Assembly: GCA_002686855.1 (NCBI GenBank)
Contig: NYYQ01000012.1
Location: 1 to 36,387 of the forward strand
Reading direction: 5' to 3'
Length of the DNA stretch: 36,387 nt
Source: Candidatus Woesearchaeota archaeon
GTDB taxonomy: Archaea; Nanobdellota; Nanobdellia; Woesearchaeales; GW2011-AR4
The translations under genes and the position numbers were made by a program. How positions within the stretch are numbered: position 1 is the first letter of the stretch; the number at the start of each line of letters is the position of its first letter. Under the pieces are notes generated by a model. That model was not told the origin of the DNA, did no database searches, and saw only the letters and a list, made by a program, of their open reading frames with translations. Shown here piece by piece: positions 1 through 9,193 of this stretch.

Positions 1-78
1 AAAAATAAAAAAGACCTTACAAAAGTAACTGAATTGTTAAAAAAGCTAAAAATTGAGTTTGAGTTGGTCAGGAAGTAA
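1..78 (+). CDS. 3' end of a CDS entering from the left edge (…KDLTKVTELLKKLKIEFELVRK*)
   Basis: Open frame from base 1 to TAA at 76-78 with genome-typical codon usage; converges on serA. Confidence 0.5.
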   Translation, partial: KNKKDLTKVTELLKKLKIEFELVRK

Positions 79-163
79 GATATTTATTCAACACCGCATA
101 AATCCTCGTATTTAAACTTTGTTATTATTCTATAATAGTTACAAATAACAAAATAAATTAAGG

Positions 164-1357
164 TTAAATTAATTTCCTTACTCTTAAAATACCTTCAATA
201 CTTTTAATTTTCTCTAAAGCTTTCTCTGTTATATCTCCATTAACGTCTACTATATTATAAGCTATACCTCCTTTGCTCTTGTTAAGCATCTCTTCAATGT
301 TAAGCTTTTCCTCTGCAAGCACAGCTGTAATTTTCTCAATCATTGCAGGGATATTTTTATTAATAATAGACAACCTTGCAGATCCATTCCTCCCCAGATT
401 ACATTCTGGAAAATTTACAGAACTGGTTATATTTCCATTCTCCAAATAATCTATTATCTGCTCAGAAACCATAATTGCGCAGTTTTCTTCAGCTTCTTTA
501 GTTGATGCTCCCAGGTGAGGAACTAAAATAACATTCTCAACTCCATGAAGTTTTTCACTGGGGAAATCAGTTATATACTTCCCAACAATACCTTTATCCA
601 GTGCTTCTTTTAAATCATCTTCATTAACAATTGGTCCTCTGGAAAAGTTCATTATTTTCACTCCTTGCTTTACTTTACTAAGAGTTTTCTTATTAAAAAG
701 ACCTTTTGTAGCATCGACCAATGGAACATTAACAGAAATATAATCTGATTTTTCAAGTAATTTGTTAAGGTCTGTTGCTTTCTTAACAGCAACTGATAAC
801 TTCCAGGCATTATCTACTGAAATATGAGGGTCATAACCAATAACTTCCATTCCTAATGCTGAAGCATCGTTAGCTATTAACATCCCAATAGCTCCTAATC
901 CTATAACTCCAAGTGTTTTTCCTTTAATCTCATTGCCCTTAAATCTTGATTTGTTTTTCTCAACTAAGTTTGCTAGTTCTTCATTAACCTCTTGTTTATC
1001 AGTCCAGTTAATTCCATCGACAATTCCTCTTGAAGATAGTAATAAGCTGCATAAAACTAATTCCTTCACAGCATTGGCATTTGCCCCGGGAGTATTAAAC
1101 ACAACAACACCCTTCCCTGTGCATTTATCAATGGGTATGTTATTTACACCGGCGCCTGCCCTGCCTATAGCCTTAACTGAGTCACTAAATTCCAGCTCAT
1201 GCAGATTATAGCTCCTAACGACTATTGCATCTGCATCCTTGCTAATCTCATTGCACTCCGCAATATCTATCCCTGGCTTTTGCTCCAAGCTGAATTTTGC
1301 TTCTTTGAATATTTTAGCCGCAACTTCACTGACTTTATCAGGTATTGTAATTTTCAT
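164..1357 (-). CDS. serA: D-3-phosphoglycerate dehydrogenase with C-terminal ACT domain
   Basis: GRAGAGVNNI, FNTPGANANAVKEL, Rossmann GVIGLGAIG, catalytic NFSRG and PHLGAST motifs, ACT-like tail (NKNIPAMIEKIT…NIEEMLNKSKG). ATG at 1357 preferred over the TTG at 1369. Confidence 0.92.
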   Translation of the reverse strand: MKITIPDKVSEVAAKIFKEAKFSLEQKPGIDIAECNEISKDADAIVVRSYNLHELEFSDSVKAIGRAGAGVNNIPIDKCTGKGVVVFNTPGANANAVKELVLCSLLLSSRGIVDGINWTDKQEVNEELANLVEKNKSRFKGNEIKGKTLGVIGLGAIGMLIANDASALGMEVIGYDPHISVDNAWKLSVAVKKATDLNKLLEKSDYISVNVPLVDATKGLFNKKTLSKVKQGVKIMNFSRGPIVNEDDLKEALDKGIVGKYITDFPSEKLHGVENVILVPHLGASTKEAEENCAIMVSEQIIDYLENGNITSSVNFPECNLGRNGSARLSIINKNIPAMIEKITAVLAEEKLNIEEMLNKSKGGIAYNIVDVNGDITEKALEKIKSIEGILRVRKLI

Positions 1358-1359
1358 TT

Positions 1360-2451
1360 TTAGCTCCAATATTTTTCCAATTCTGCTGTATATTCTTTTA
1401 TCTCATCTAATGTTAAGTCTCCCATATGGGCAATCCTAAAAGTGGGGTTTTTCCCTTCTTCTTCTAACTTTGAATTCATCTCCCTATAGCCTGAATCTAT
1501 ACTATATCCTTTTTTGGCCATATCTCTCTTTATTTCCTTAAAATCAACGTCTTTTTTGTTGTTTATTATGCAGGAGACTGTATCTGAATGATACCCTTCC
1601 TCGGAAAACATCTCAAAGCCGTTCTTTTTGGCCCATTCTCTGGCAAAGGATGCCATTTCCTTATGTCTTTTGAATCTATTATCCAAGCCTTCTTTTTCAA
1701 TTCTTTCAATTTGCTTTTTCAAAGCATACAAATGAGGTATTGAAGGTGTATAAGGAGTCATATCCTTATCATAGTATTTTTTTAACTCCAATACATCAAA
1801 ATAATAACCTCTTCCCTCAACATTCTTTGCCTTTTCATAAGACCTAGAACTTATTGAAGCGGCTGCAATGCCTGCAGGAAGTGCAATTGCTTTTTGCACT
1901 GATGCCAAGCAAATATCTATACCTAATTTATCTGTTTCAATCTTAATCCCTCCTATAGATGAAACTGCATCGACAAACCATAAGACATTTGGATGTTTTT
2001 CCATTACCTTGGATATCACATCTAAATCAGACATAACCCCTGTAGGAGTCTCATTATGTACCATGCAAAAAACCTCAAAATTTCCTTTAGACAAAGCATC
2101 ATCAATTACTTCAGGTTTTACTGCTTTCCCATAATCAAAAATTATTCTCTCGACCTTTTTTCCGCATCTTTCGGAAACACTGGCCCATTTCTTAGAAAAA
2201 GCGCCATTTACGGCATGCAAAACCTTTTCATTGACGCAGCTTCTTATGCTTGCTTCCCAGAATCCTGATCCGGATGAAGTAGAAATTAAAACGTCATTCT
2301 CTGTGCAAAAAATCTTTTTGAGGCCTGGCTTAAGGCTCCCAAATAACTCTGTAAACTCCTTAGTCCTATGTCCTATCTGAGGGTGTGTTAACTCATCCAA
2401 TACTTCTTTTCTTACCTCTGTTGGACCTGGAATAAATAATTTATTTGTCAT
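1360..2451 (-). CDS. Class V PLP-dependent aminotransferase (alanine-glyoxylate/serine-pyruvate/archaeal phosphoserine aminotransferase type)
   Basis: LFIPGPT, HNETPTGV, VDAVSS, PLP lysine in SVQKAIALPAG, C-terminal FRIAHMG. ATG at 2451; operonic with serA. Confidence 0.9.
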   Translation of the reverse strand: MTNKLFIPGPTEVRKEVLDELTHPQIGHRTKEFTELFGSLKPGLKKIFCTENDVLISTSSGSGFWEASIRSCVNEKVLHAVNGAFSKKWASVSERCGKKVERIIFDYGKAVKPEVIDDALSKGNFEVFCMVHNETPTGVMSDLDVISKVMEKHPNVLWFVDAVSSIGGIKIETDKLGIDICLASVQKAIALPAGIAAASISSRSYEKAKNVEGRGYYFDVLELKKYYDKDMTPYTPSIPHLYALKKQIERIEKEGLDNRFKRHKEMASFAREWAKKNGFEMFSEEGYHSDTVSCIINNKKDVDFKEIKRDMAKKGYSIDSGYREMNSKLEEEGKNPTFRIAHMGDLTLDEIKEYTAELEKYWS

Positions 2452-2453
2452 TT

Positions 2454-3620
2454 TCAACTACCAATTCTATAAATAACAAGCCCGGAAAACATCTTAGGAT
2501 AAAAATACGTCGATTTTTGGGGCATTACCTTGCCTGTATTTGCAATATTAAAAGTCTGTTCCAATGACGGACACCTGACGAAAAATGCAGTATTTGAGTC
2601 ATTTATCGAGTCAATAGTTAATTTGTTGCCCTTCACAAACTTTATTTTCGGAGGTTTTTGCTCTTCCATGGGGATTTTAAGGATTTTCTCAAAAATGAGA
2701 TTATGGAGTATAGCCACATCAAGATTTTTAAATATCTCATTATCTTTAAAAACCTCATTAAGTATTTCTTCCTCTTTTAATTTTATTAAGTATTTTTTTT
2801 CTTTTGTAGAAACAATAAAGCTTTTTTCTTCTAAATTTGTAATTTCATCTGCTTCTTTAACATCAAAGTAATCACTAAAATCTTCAATATTCACTTTTTC
2901 ATTAACTAACCTGTTTGTTGGAAGAATTACCACTCCTTCATTAAAAGAATTTACCAAAGTTGCCATTACATATTCATTACCGTGCTCTTTTCTGTATTTC
3001 AATGCTGTTTTATACCTATGATGGCCATCGGCAATAAGTAATTTTTTATCTGACATTAACGAGACAATTTTTTCTATAACTTCCCCATTATCTATTTTCC
3101 ATATCTTATGAACACAATTATCATCATCTATGAATTTTATGTTTTCTTCTTTTTCTGTGGACAGAATTATCAAACTATCTATCTCCTTATTCCTATCCTG
3201 ATAAATTAAGAATATATTCTCCAGATTTGATCTTGTCTTTACCATCAAATCAAACCTATCATTTATATACTTGTCAAATGTCTTTTCATGGGGCAGTATA
3301 TTTTTACCGAAGTCCTCTATTTTTAACAAGCAGATAAACCCCGTTCTTGTTATTATCTTATTATCCAGCTTAAATTCCTGCTGATAGATATATAATGAAT
3401 CTTCATCCTTGACAAGTATTTTTTTATTGATCCATTCATTAAATAATTCTTTAGCTTTGTTATGGTCATCATTCAATATTAAATTTACAAAATTATATTC
3501 GGATAATTCCTGGAATCTCTTTTTCATATCATCATCAATCACATCATAAGGAGGAGTTATTACTTTTTGGAAATCAACATCTTTATACCTAAGTCCCCCA
3601 AACGCCTTAATTTCGACCAT
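2454..3620 (-). CDS. DUF1015 family protein (ParB-like IADGHHRY core)
   Basis: PPYDVI, ILPHEKT, LIADGHHRY and MPQKSTYFYPK motifs typical of DUF1015; the family is commonly found next to serA/serC. Confidence 0.88.
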   Translation of the reverse strand: MVEIKAFGGLRYKDVDFQKVITPPYDVIDDDMKKRFQELSEYNFVNLILNDDHNKAKELFNEWINKKILVKDEDSLYIYQQEFKLDNKIITRTGFICLLKIEDFGKNILPHEKTFDKYINDRFDLMVKTRSNLENIFLIYQDRNKEIDSLIILSTEKEENIKFIDDDNCVHKIWKIDNGEVIEKIVSLMSDKKLLIADGHHRYKTALKYRKEHGNEYVMATLVNSFNEGVVILPTNRLVNEKVNIEDFSDYFDVKEADEITNLEEKSFIVSTKEKKYLIKLKEEEILNEVFKDNEIFKNLDVAILHNLIFEKILKIPMEEQKPPKIKFVKGNKLTIDSINDSNTAFFVRCPSLEQTFNIANTGKVMPQKSTYFYPKMFSGLVIYRIGS

Positions 3621-3679
3621 TGAAATCCAAAATTTGCCATTAGTATTTATATTTATCCAATCTTTGATTTAAGAAAAAA

Positions 3680-4393
3680 TTAATGGAATTTTTTTTCTAA
3701 TGGAGTTCCTAAAACCCATCCTAATGAATTAACAGATCCAGAATCATATGCTGGAAAGTTTGTAATAGGACGAGCATCATCCCTATTACCTAAAACATAT
3801 CTCTCAACTAGATAAATCCGGGATTGTATTGCAAGCATCTCTTGATCAACATTTCTAGTTTTACCCAGTCTATGTCCTGACCGTAAAAGAGTTTCATATC
3901 TTTCCTCGAGTTCTTTTTTCCCACTACTGCTAAAATGATCTTTAACCCTACGTACTATGTCAATGTCTCTTCCCCTTAACATTCTTCTTAGGGTATCTGG
4001 GTTTTCTGTACTGGCGTGTATATACATAGCTGATACTAGTTCTGATTGTATCCTCTCTCTTAGCTTAGGAGTACTTAGTTCGTCAGAAGCAGTATTACTA
4101 AAATAAATTTGGATTGCTTCCTTGAATACCTCTACTAAAGACCCAGATTTAGCAACATCACTAATCCTATCTGAAAATCCGTATTCTACGCTGATTACAT
4201 CCGGAATTGGAAAATAAGCCTCTAGCCCTACCCAGTGCATTTTTCTGTATCCTCTTGCTGGTTCTATCAAAGCAATTTCAAGACTACCCATTCTTTGACT
4301 TAAGCTTCCAAAGTCGTCTGGTCTGTGCATCAAAGCCATTGCAATGTGCTCTGAAACCAATACACCAGGTGACAGTTCAACCTTTCCATTCAT
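3680..4393 (-). CDS. Hypothetical protein
   Basis: 237-aa ORF with no recognisable motif; codon usage differs from neighbouring housekeeping genes. Confidence 0.6.
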   Translation of the reverse strand: MNGKVELSPGVLVSEHIAMALMHRPDDFGSLSQRMGSLEIALIEPARGYRKMHWVGLEAYFPIPDVISVEYGFSDRISDVAKSGSLVEVFKEAIQIYFSNTASDELSTPKLRERIQSELVSAMYIHASTENPDTLRRMLRGRDIDIVRRVKDHFSSSGKKELEERYETLLRSGHRLGKTRNVDQEMLAIQSRIYLVERYVLGNRDDARPITNFPAYDSGSVNSLGWVLGTPLEKKFH

Positions 4394-4526
4394 TTTTCCA
4401 TCTCACATTCCCAATTTTATATAATTCATATATTCTTGAAACAAATATTTTTCTAAGAACTATCGCCAATTTTTAATATGTAGAATGTGTTTCTTATATT
4501 TAAATCTTTTTATTATTGAGTAATAG

Positions 4527-6941
4527 TTACAAATCAACCACAACTTCATCATCTATATTAGAATCTTCTTTTAGCTTCTCAAAAACTATCTCTTCCGCAT
4601 TTGTTGTTGCGTATAAATCATCTTTCATTAATTCAAAGTCTTTTGCATTGATTTTTCCTTTGGCTAAAACTTTCTTAACTGGTTTGTTCAATGATAAGCT
4701 TTTTGCGGATTTTGCTTTTCTTACTTCCTGCAAAACAAAAACAAAGAAATCACCTGCTTTCTCTGCTTGTTCATCAATCATGTCCAAAGATGGCCATTTT
4801 GAAATATGAATGCTCTTATCTTTTTCATACTTTTTAAAATAATGTTGATATAGCTCTTCTGTTATAAAGGGCGTTATAGGAGCCATTAGTTTCATTATTG
4901 ATAATAAAGTATGATGCAAAGCATATTGAGCAGATAATCTTGCTTCCTTGCCCCTTTTATCTGCATTATATAATCTATCTTTAATTATCTCAAGATAATT
5001 ATCTGCAAAAGTATGCCAAAAAAACTTGTCTGTTTCCAGTTTAGTATGTGAATATTCGTAATTCATGAAATTCTCTGTTGATTCCTTAATTAACCTACTC
5101 AATTTAGATAATATCCATCTATCCATTGCTTCTAATTTTTTAGGTTTTCCTAATTTATAATCAACAAGATGCATAAAAGCAAACTTAGAAGCATTCCATA
5201 TCTTTGTTGTAAATCTCATTCCTGTTACTAAATCTTTTTCCTGGAATGGTAAATCATCTCCTAACCTGGAACCAGCTGCCCAGAACCTCAAAGCATCTGC
5301 AGAATATTTTTTAATCATCTCTCTAGGATCAACAATATTTCCTTTTGATTTTGACATCTTCTTACCATGGGGATCTAAAGCCCAACCAGAAATCATAGCA
5401 TTTTTCCAAGGAATGTTCTTATGATGAAAATAGCTCTTAACTACTGTGTTAAATAACCAAAATGTAATTATATCATGAGCCTGAGGCCTTAAACTCATAG
5501 GAAGTAATTTTTTAAATATTGGTTTACTTTTAAACAGCTCAGCTGCAATGTCCGGTGTTAAAGAAGAGGTTGCCCAAGTATCCAAAACATCTTTTTCCCC
5601 TATAAACTCATTTGAGCCGCATTTGCATTTTTTATTCGGTTTATCAACCAAAGGATCAACTGGCAGTTGTTTTTCATCTGCTACTAGAATTTCAGGGCAT
5701 TTTTTGCAATACCAAACTGGAATTGGAATTCCAAAATGTCTTTGTCTGGAAATATTCCAATCCCATTTTAAACCATCAATCCAATTTTCATACCTGGCCT
5801 TCATATGCTCAGGATACCATTTTATTTTTCTTCCATATTTAATAAAATCTTTTTTTAGGTCTAAATATTTGATAAACCATTGGTCTGTTGTTAATATTTC
5901 AATATCTGTCTCGCATCTTTCATGAACATTTACAACATGGTGTATGGGCTCTATTTTCTCTATTCTTCCTTCTTCTTCTAAAGCCTTAATAACAGCTTCT
6001 CTTGCTTTTTTAACATGCAATCCTTTAAATTTCCCGGCCTTCTCATTCAATGTTCCATCTTTATTCATTATCTCTATAGGTTCTATGTTAAACTCTTCCA
6101 TCCACTTTACATCATCCATATCTCCAAAAGTGCAATGGTAAACAATTCCAGAGCCAAATTCCATATCAACATCCTTATTTGCTTCTATCGTAACTGTTCT
6201 ATCAGAAAAAGGAATTTTTGCTTTTGCTCCGATTAATTTGTTAAATCTCTTATCATCAGGATGAATATGTATTGCAACACATGCAGGAAGCAATTCTGGC
6301 CTTGTTGTTGCAATTGATATTTGCTTATTTTTACTTGTATCAAATTTAATATAAACTAAATTGCTGTCTCTCTCAGAATCTTTCATCTCAACTTGAGCTA
6401 TTGCAGTTTGACATTCAGGACACCATACAAAAGGCGCTCTTTTCCTGTAAATTCTTCCCATTTTATGCAACTCTAAAAAAGACCTTTGGGAGATTATTTG
6501 AGAATGTTCATTAATTGTCGTATAGAAAACATCGTAATCAGCGCTTACCCCTATTCTCTTCCAATCATAAATAAAATCAGGTCTTATTTCTTCTAAAGTT
6601 CTAAGGCACAGCTCTACAAACTCTTTCCTTTTCATTTTCTGGCCTTTGACATTTTTTATCTTTTCTATCATCCTTTCTGTAGCCAAGCCATTATCATCCG
6701 TACCAAAGGGATAAAAAACATTTTTACCCAGCATTCTTTGGAATCTTGCAACAAAATCTTCCTGAGAATAAGAAAAACTATGGCCAAGATGCATTTTGCC
6801 GCTTACTGTAGGTGGAGGAGTATCTACTGAGTAAACTTCTGCTTTGCTGTCTGGATCAAAAGCATATATTTTCTCTTTTTCCCAATACTTTAGCCATTTC
6901 TCTTCTGCTTCATAGGCATTATAACGCTTTGACAATTCCAT
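4527..6941 (-). CDS. valS: Valyl-tRNA synthetase (archaeal type)
   Basis: DTPPPTVSGKMHLGH (HIGH), ATTRPEL editing motif, DWNISRQR, RPQAHDII, KMSKS. Likely start MELSKRY at 6941, not the TTG at 7073. Confidence 0.95.
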   Translation of the reverse strand: MELSKRYNAYEAEEKWLKYWEKEKIYAFDPDSKAEVYSVDTPPPTVSGKMHLGHSFSYSQEDFVARFQRMLGKNVFYPFGTDDNGLATERMIEKIKNVKGQKMKRKEFVELCLRTLEEIRPDFIYDWKRIGVSADYDVFYTTINEHSQIISQRSFLELHKMGRIYRKRAPFVWCPECQTAIAQVEMKDSERDSNLVYIKFDTSKNKQISIATTRPELLPACVAIHIHPDDKRFNKLIGAKAKIPFSDRTVTIEANKDVDMEFGSGIVYHCTFGDMDDVKWMEEFNIEPIEIMNKDGTLNEKAGKFKGLHVKKAREAVIKALEEEGRIEKIEPIHHVVNVHERCETDIEILTTDQWFIKYLDLKKDFIKYGRKIKWYPEHMKARYENWIDGLKWDWNISRQRHFGIPIPVWYCKKCPEILVADEKQLPVDPLVDKPNKKCKCGSNEFIGEKDVLDTWATSSLTPDIAAELFKSKPIFKKLLPMSLRPQAHDIITFWLFNTVVKSYFHHKNIPWKNAMISGWALDPHGKKMSKSKGNIVDPREMIKKYSADALRFWAAGSRLGDDLPFQEKDLVTGMRFTTKIWNASKFAFMHLVDYKLGKPKKLEAMDRWILSKLSRLIKESTENFMNYEYSHTKLETDKFFWHTFADNYLEIIKDRLYNADKRGKEARLSAQYALHHTLLSIMKLMAPITPFITEELYQHYFKKYEKDKSIHISKWPSLDMIDEQAEKAGDFFVFVLQEVRKAKSAKSLSLNKPVKKVLAKGKINAKDFELMKDDLYATTNAEEIVFEKLKEDSNIDDEVVVDL

Positions 6942-7077
6942 AACATCATAGAAAAAAGTTTTGTTTTTAAAGGTTGTGGGATATATCAAGAAAATTTTAT
7001 ATAGAGATTGTAAAAGGGAGTAATAAAAATGACATATCACTTCCGCTTCGTGGATTTTATGAGGGTGTTTCAATAAG

Positions 7078-7407
7078 ATGGCTTATGCTAGTGCATTAGG
7101 AACAGAATCTAAAGTTCCAGATAGACTCCATGACCCTTCGGGTTTAAATGGAAGATTAGAATTGGCTTATTTAAGCATGCGCGGTACAGATCCACATACT
7201 GCTATTGGTAACCTGTTGAACCACGATGAGAAAGTCTTAGTGAGAAATGGTATGCACTCCTTAGGTGAATTATGTTTAGTCAGATTTGATTTAGAGGGTA
7301 TGGTGAACCCTACTTCCTCCAATTCTGATGTGGATACATTATTCGGTGAAAGTGATGCACTATTTTTTGAAGATGGACCTTTGGATGATAGTAATGTTTA
7401 CCCTTAG
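7078..7407 (+). CDS. Hypothetical protein (possibly the 5' fragment of a decayed gene)
   Basis: 109-aa ORF; coding-like sequence continues after the TAG. Confidence 0.45.
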   Translation: MAYASALGTESKVPDRLHDPSGLNGRLELAYLSMRGTDPHTAIGNLLNHDEKVLVRNGMHSLGELCLVRFDLEGMVNPTSSNSDVDTLFGESDALFFEDGPLDDSNVYP

Positions 7408-7539
7408 CAGCTAATTTCATTTCTACTGAAATACCTTGGGGATTTGAAAAAAGGGTTAAAAAAGGTTTAAGTCCGAAAGATTTTATTTTATATGGCCGTT
7501 TGAAAGGTGGCTCAATTCCATCTTTGGACGATGTAAATC

Positions 7540-7788
7540 GTGACTACGATCCTAGAAATGGAGGTATTTCTCTATATCCACGGAGATGGTAAAGACCAAG
7601 AAGTATACATTGTAAGGCCAAATGAATTAACATTAGTCCCATCTTATCTTAAGATATCAGAATTATTGCCAAAAGCAGATAGAAGATCAAGACTAGTCAT
7701 AGTAGAATCCAAAAATAGGATAAAAAGATTAAGAAAAGAAATTATTGCAGAAGGGATGATTCCTGTTCGAATGCAGCCCCTTAGTTAA
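7540..7788 (+). CDS. Hypothetical protein or gene fragment
   Basis: 82-aa GTG-start ORF with no motif. Confidence 0.35.
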   Translation: MTTILEMEVFLYIHGDGKDQEVYIVRPNELTLVPSYLKISELLPKADRRSRLVIVESKNRIKRLRKEIIAEGMIPVRMQPLS

Positions 7789-7839
7789 ATTTATTCTTCA
7801 ACCCAAACAAATAAATACTAAAAAAATAAACTATTTCTT

Positions 7840-9048
7840 ATGCACCCCTTCACAATAAAATACCAGCCAAAAACAACAAATGAAATCATAGGCCAAGACC
7901 TAGCAATAAAAAAACTAAAAGACTTTGTTATTAATTTTAAAAAACAAAAAAAGAATGCGGTCTTATTGTACGGTCCCCCAGGAACTGGAAAAACAATAAG
8001 TGCTTATGTAATTGCAAATGAGCTTGATCTTGAAATTCTTGAAATGAATGCCTCGGATATACGTAATGCAAACCAAATTAATTCTTTATTAGGTTCTGCT
8101 ATTTCTCAAATGAGCTTATTCTCAAAAGGAAAACTGATTTTAGTTGATGAAATAGACGGCCTCTCAGGAACAAAAGATCGGGGAGGATTGCTGGCAATAA
8201 CTAAATTAATAGAAAAAACATCATTTCCAATTATTTTAACCATACAAAATCCATGGGATTACAAGTTCAACAAATTAAAAAGAAAAACAGAGATGATTGA
8301 GTTTTCTCCCTTGGATTACCTGCCTATTTTTGAAATCTTAAAAAAAATATGTGATAAAGAAAAGATAATGTATGAGGAAAATGTGTTAAAAGGACTGGCA
8401 AGAAGGGCTGGAAATGATGCAAGATCAGCGATAAATGATCTACAAACTTTAACGATAGAAGCCAAAGAATTAACAAAGAAAAGCTTGGAAGATTTAGGAG
8501 AAAGAAACAAGCTTGAGAGCATGCCTACTGCATTGACAAAAATCTTTAAGACAACAGATCCAAAAATCGCAATAACTGCTTTTGATACTGTGAATGAGGA
8601 TCTTAATGAGCAGTTGTTATGGATAGATGAAAATCTGCCAAAAGAATATACAAAACCAGAAGATTTGGCAAAAGCATACGACAAGTTAAGCAAAGCAGAT
8701 GTCTTCAACAGAAGAATAAGGAGATGGCAGCATTGGAGATTTTTAATTTATATCAACGCTCTAATCACAGCAGGAATTGCAGTCTCAAAAGAGGAGCGCT
8801 ACAAGCACTTTGTCCAGTACAAGCCAACTGGAAGATTATTAAAATTATGGTGGGCAAAGCAAAAATCAATGAAAAAGAAAGCAATTGCCCAAAAACTTGC
8901 AGAAAAAACACACAGTTCAATAAAAGAAACATTAAAAGATACATTACCTTACTTACAAGCTACATTTAAAAAAAACAAAGATTTTAGGGAAAAACTAACA
9001 GAAGAATTGGATTTAAGCAGGGAAGAGGTTATGTGGTTGAGGAAATAA
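7840..9048 (+). CDS. rfcL: Replication factor C large subunit
   Basis: KYQPKT, Walker A GPPGTGKT, EMNASD, Walker B LVDEIDG, DARSAINDLQ, WIDENLP, LSKADVF. Confidence 0.93.
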   Translation: MHPFTIKYQPKTTNEIIGQDLAIKKLKDFVINFKKQKKNAVLLYGPPGTGKTISAYVIANELDLEILEMNASDIRNANQINSLLGSAISQMSLFSKGKLILVDEIDGLSGTKDRGGLLAITKLIEKTSFPIILTIQNPWDYKFNKLKRKTEMIEFSPLDYLPIFEILKKICDKEKIMYEENVLKGLARRAGNDARSAINDLQTLTIEAKELTKKSLEDLGERNKLESMPTALTKIFKTTDPKIAITAFDTVNEDLNEQLLWIDENLPKEYTKPEDLAKAYDKLSKADVFNRRIRRWQHWRFLIYINALITAGIAVSKEERYKHFVQYKPTGRLLKLWWAKQKSMKKKAIAQKLAEKTHSSIKETLKDTLPYLQATFKKNKDFREKLTEELDLSREEVMWLRK

Positions 9049-9163
9049 ATTCTAAAATTTGTCAAATTTTAGTGATTTATTTAAAAAATACTTATTTTTT
9101 GTCAAAAAGAAAGAATAAAAATATTGGATATCTAATAAATCTTTTTTAATTAAAACAACAAAA

Positions 9164-9171
9164 TTTATAAA
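9164..9171 (+). promoter_or_regulatory. Archaeal TATA box for glyS (probably leaderless transcript)
   Basis: TTTATAAA preceded by an A-rich BRE-like run, ending 23 nt before the ATG at 9194. The same geometry occurs at 10687 (SSB) and 23371 (Ham1). Confidence 0.55.
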
Positions 9172-9193
9172 AAACTAACTAAACAATTCTTAC

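Noticed and set aside
6942-7073. N-terminal extension of ValRS in the ORF track
   Set aside because: TTG-start extension is not ValRS-like and spans the divergent promoter region; homology begins at MELSKRY (6941).
9052-9072. 9-bp inverted repeat after rfcL (CTAAAATTT/AAATTTTAG)
   Set aside because: Short and AT-rich; expected by chance at this composition.
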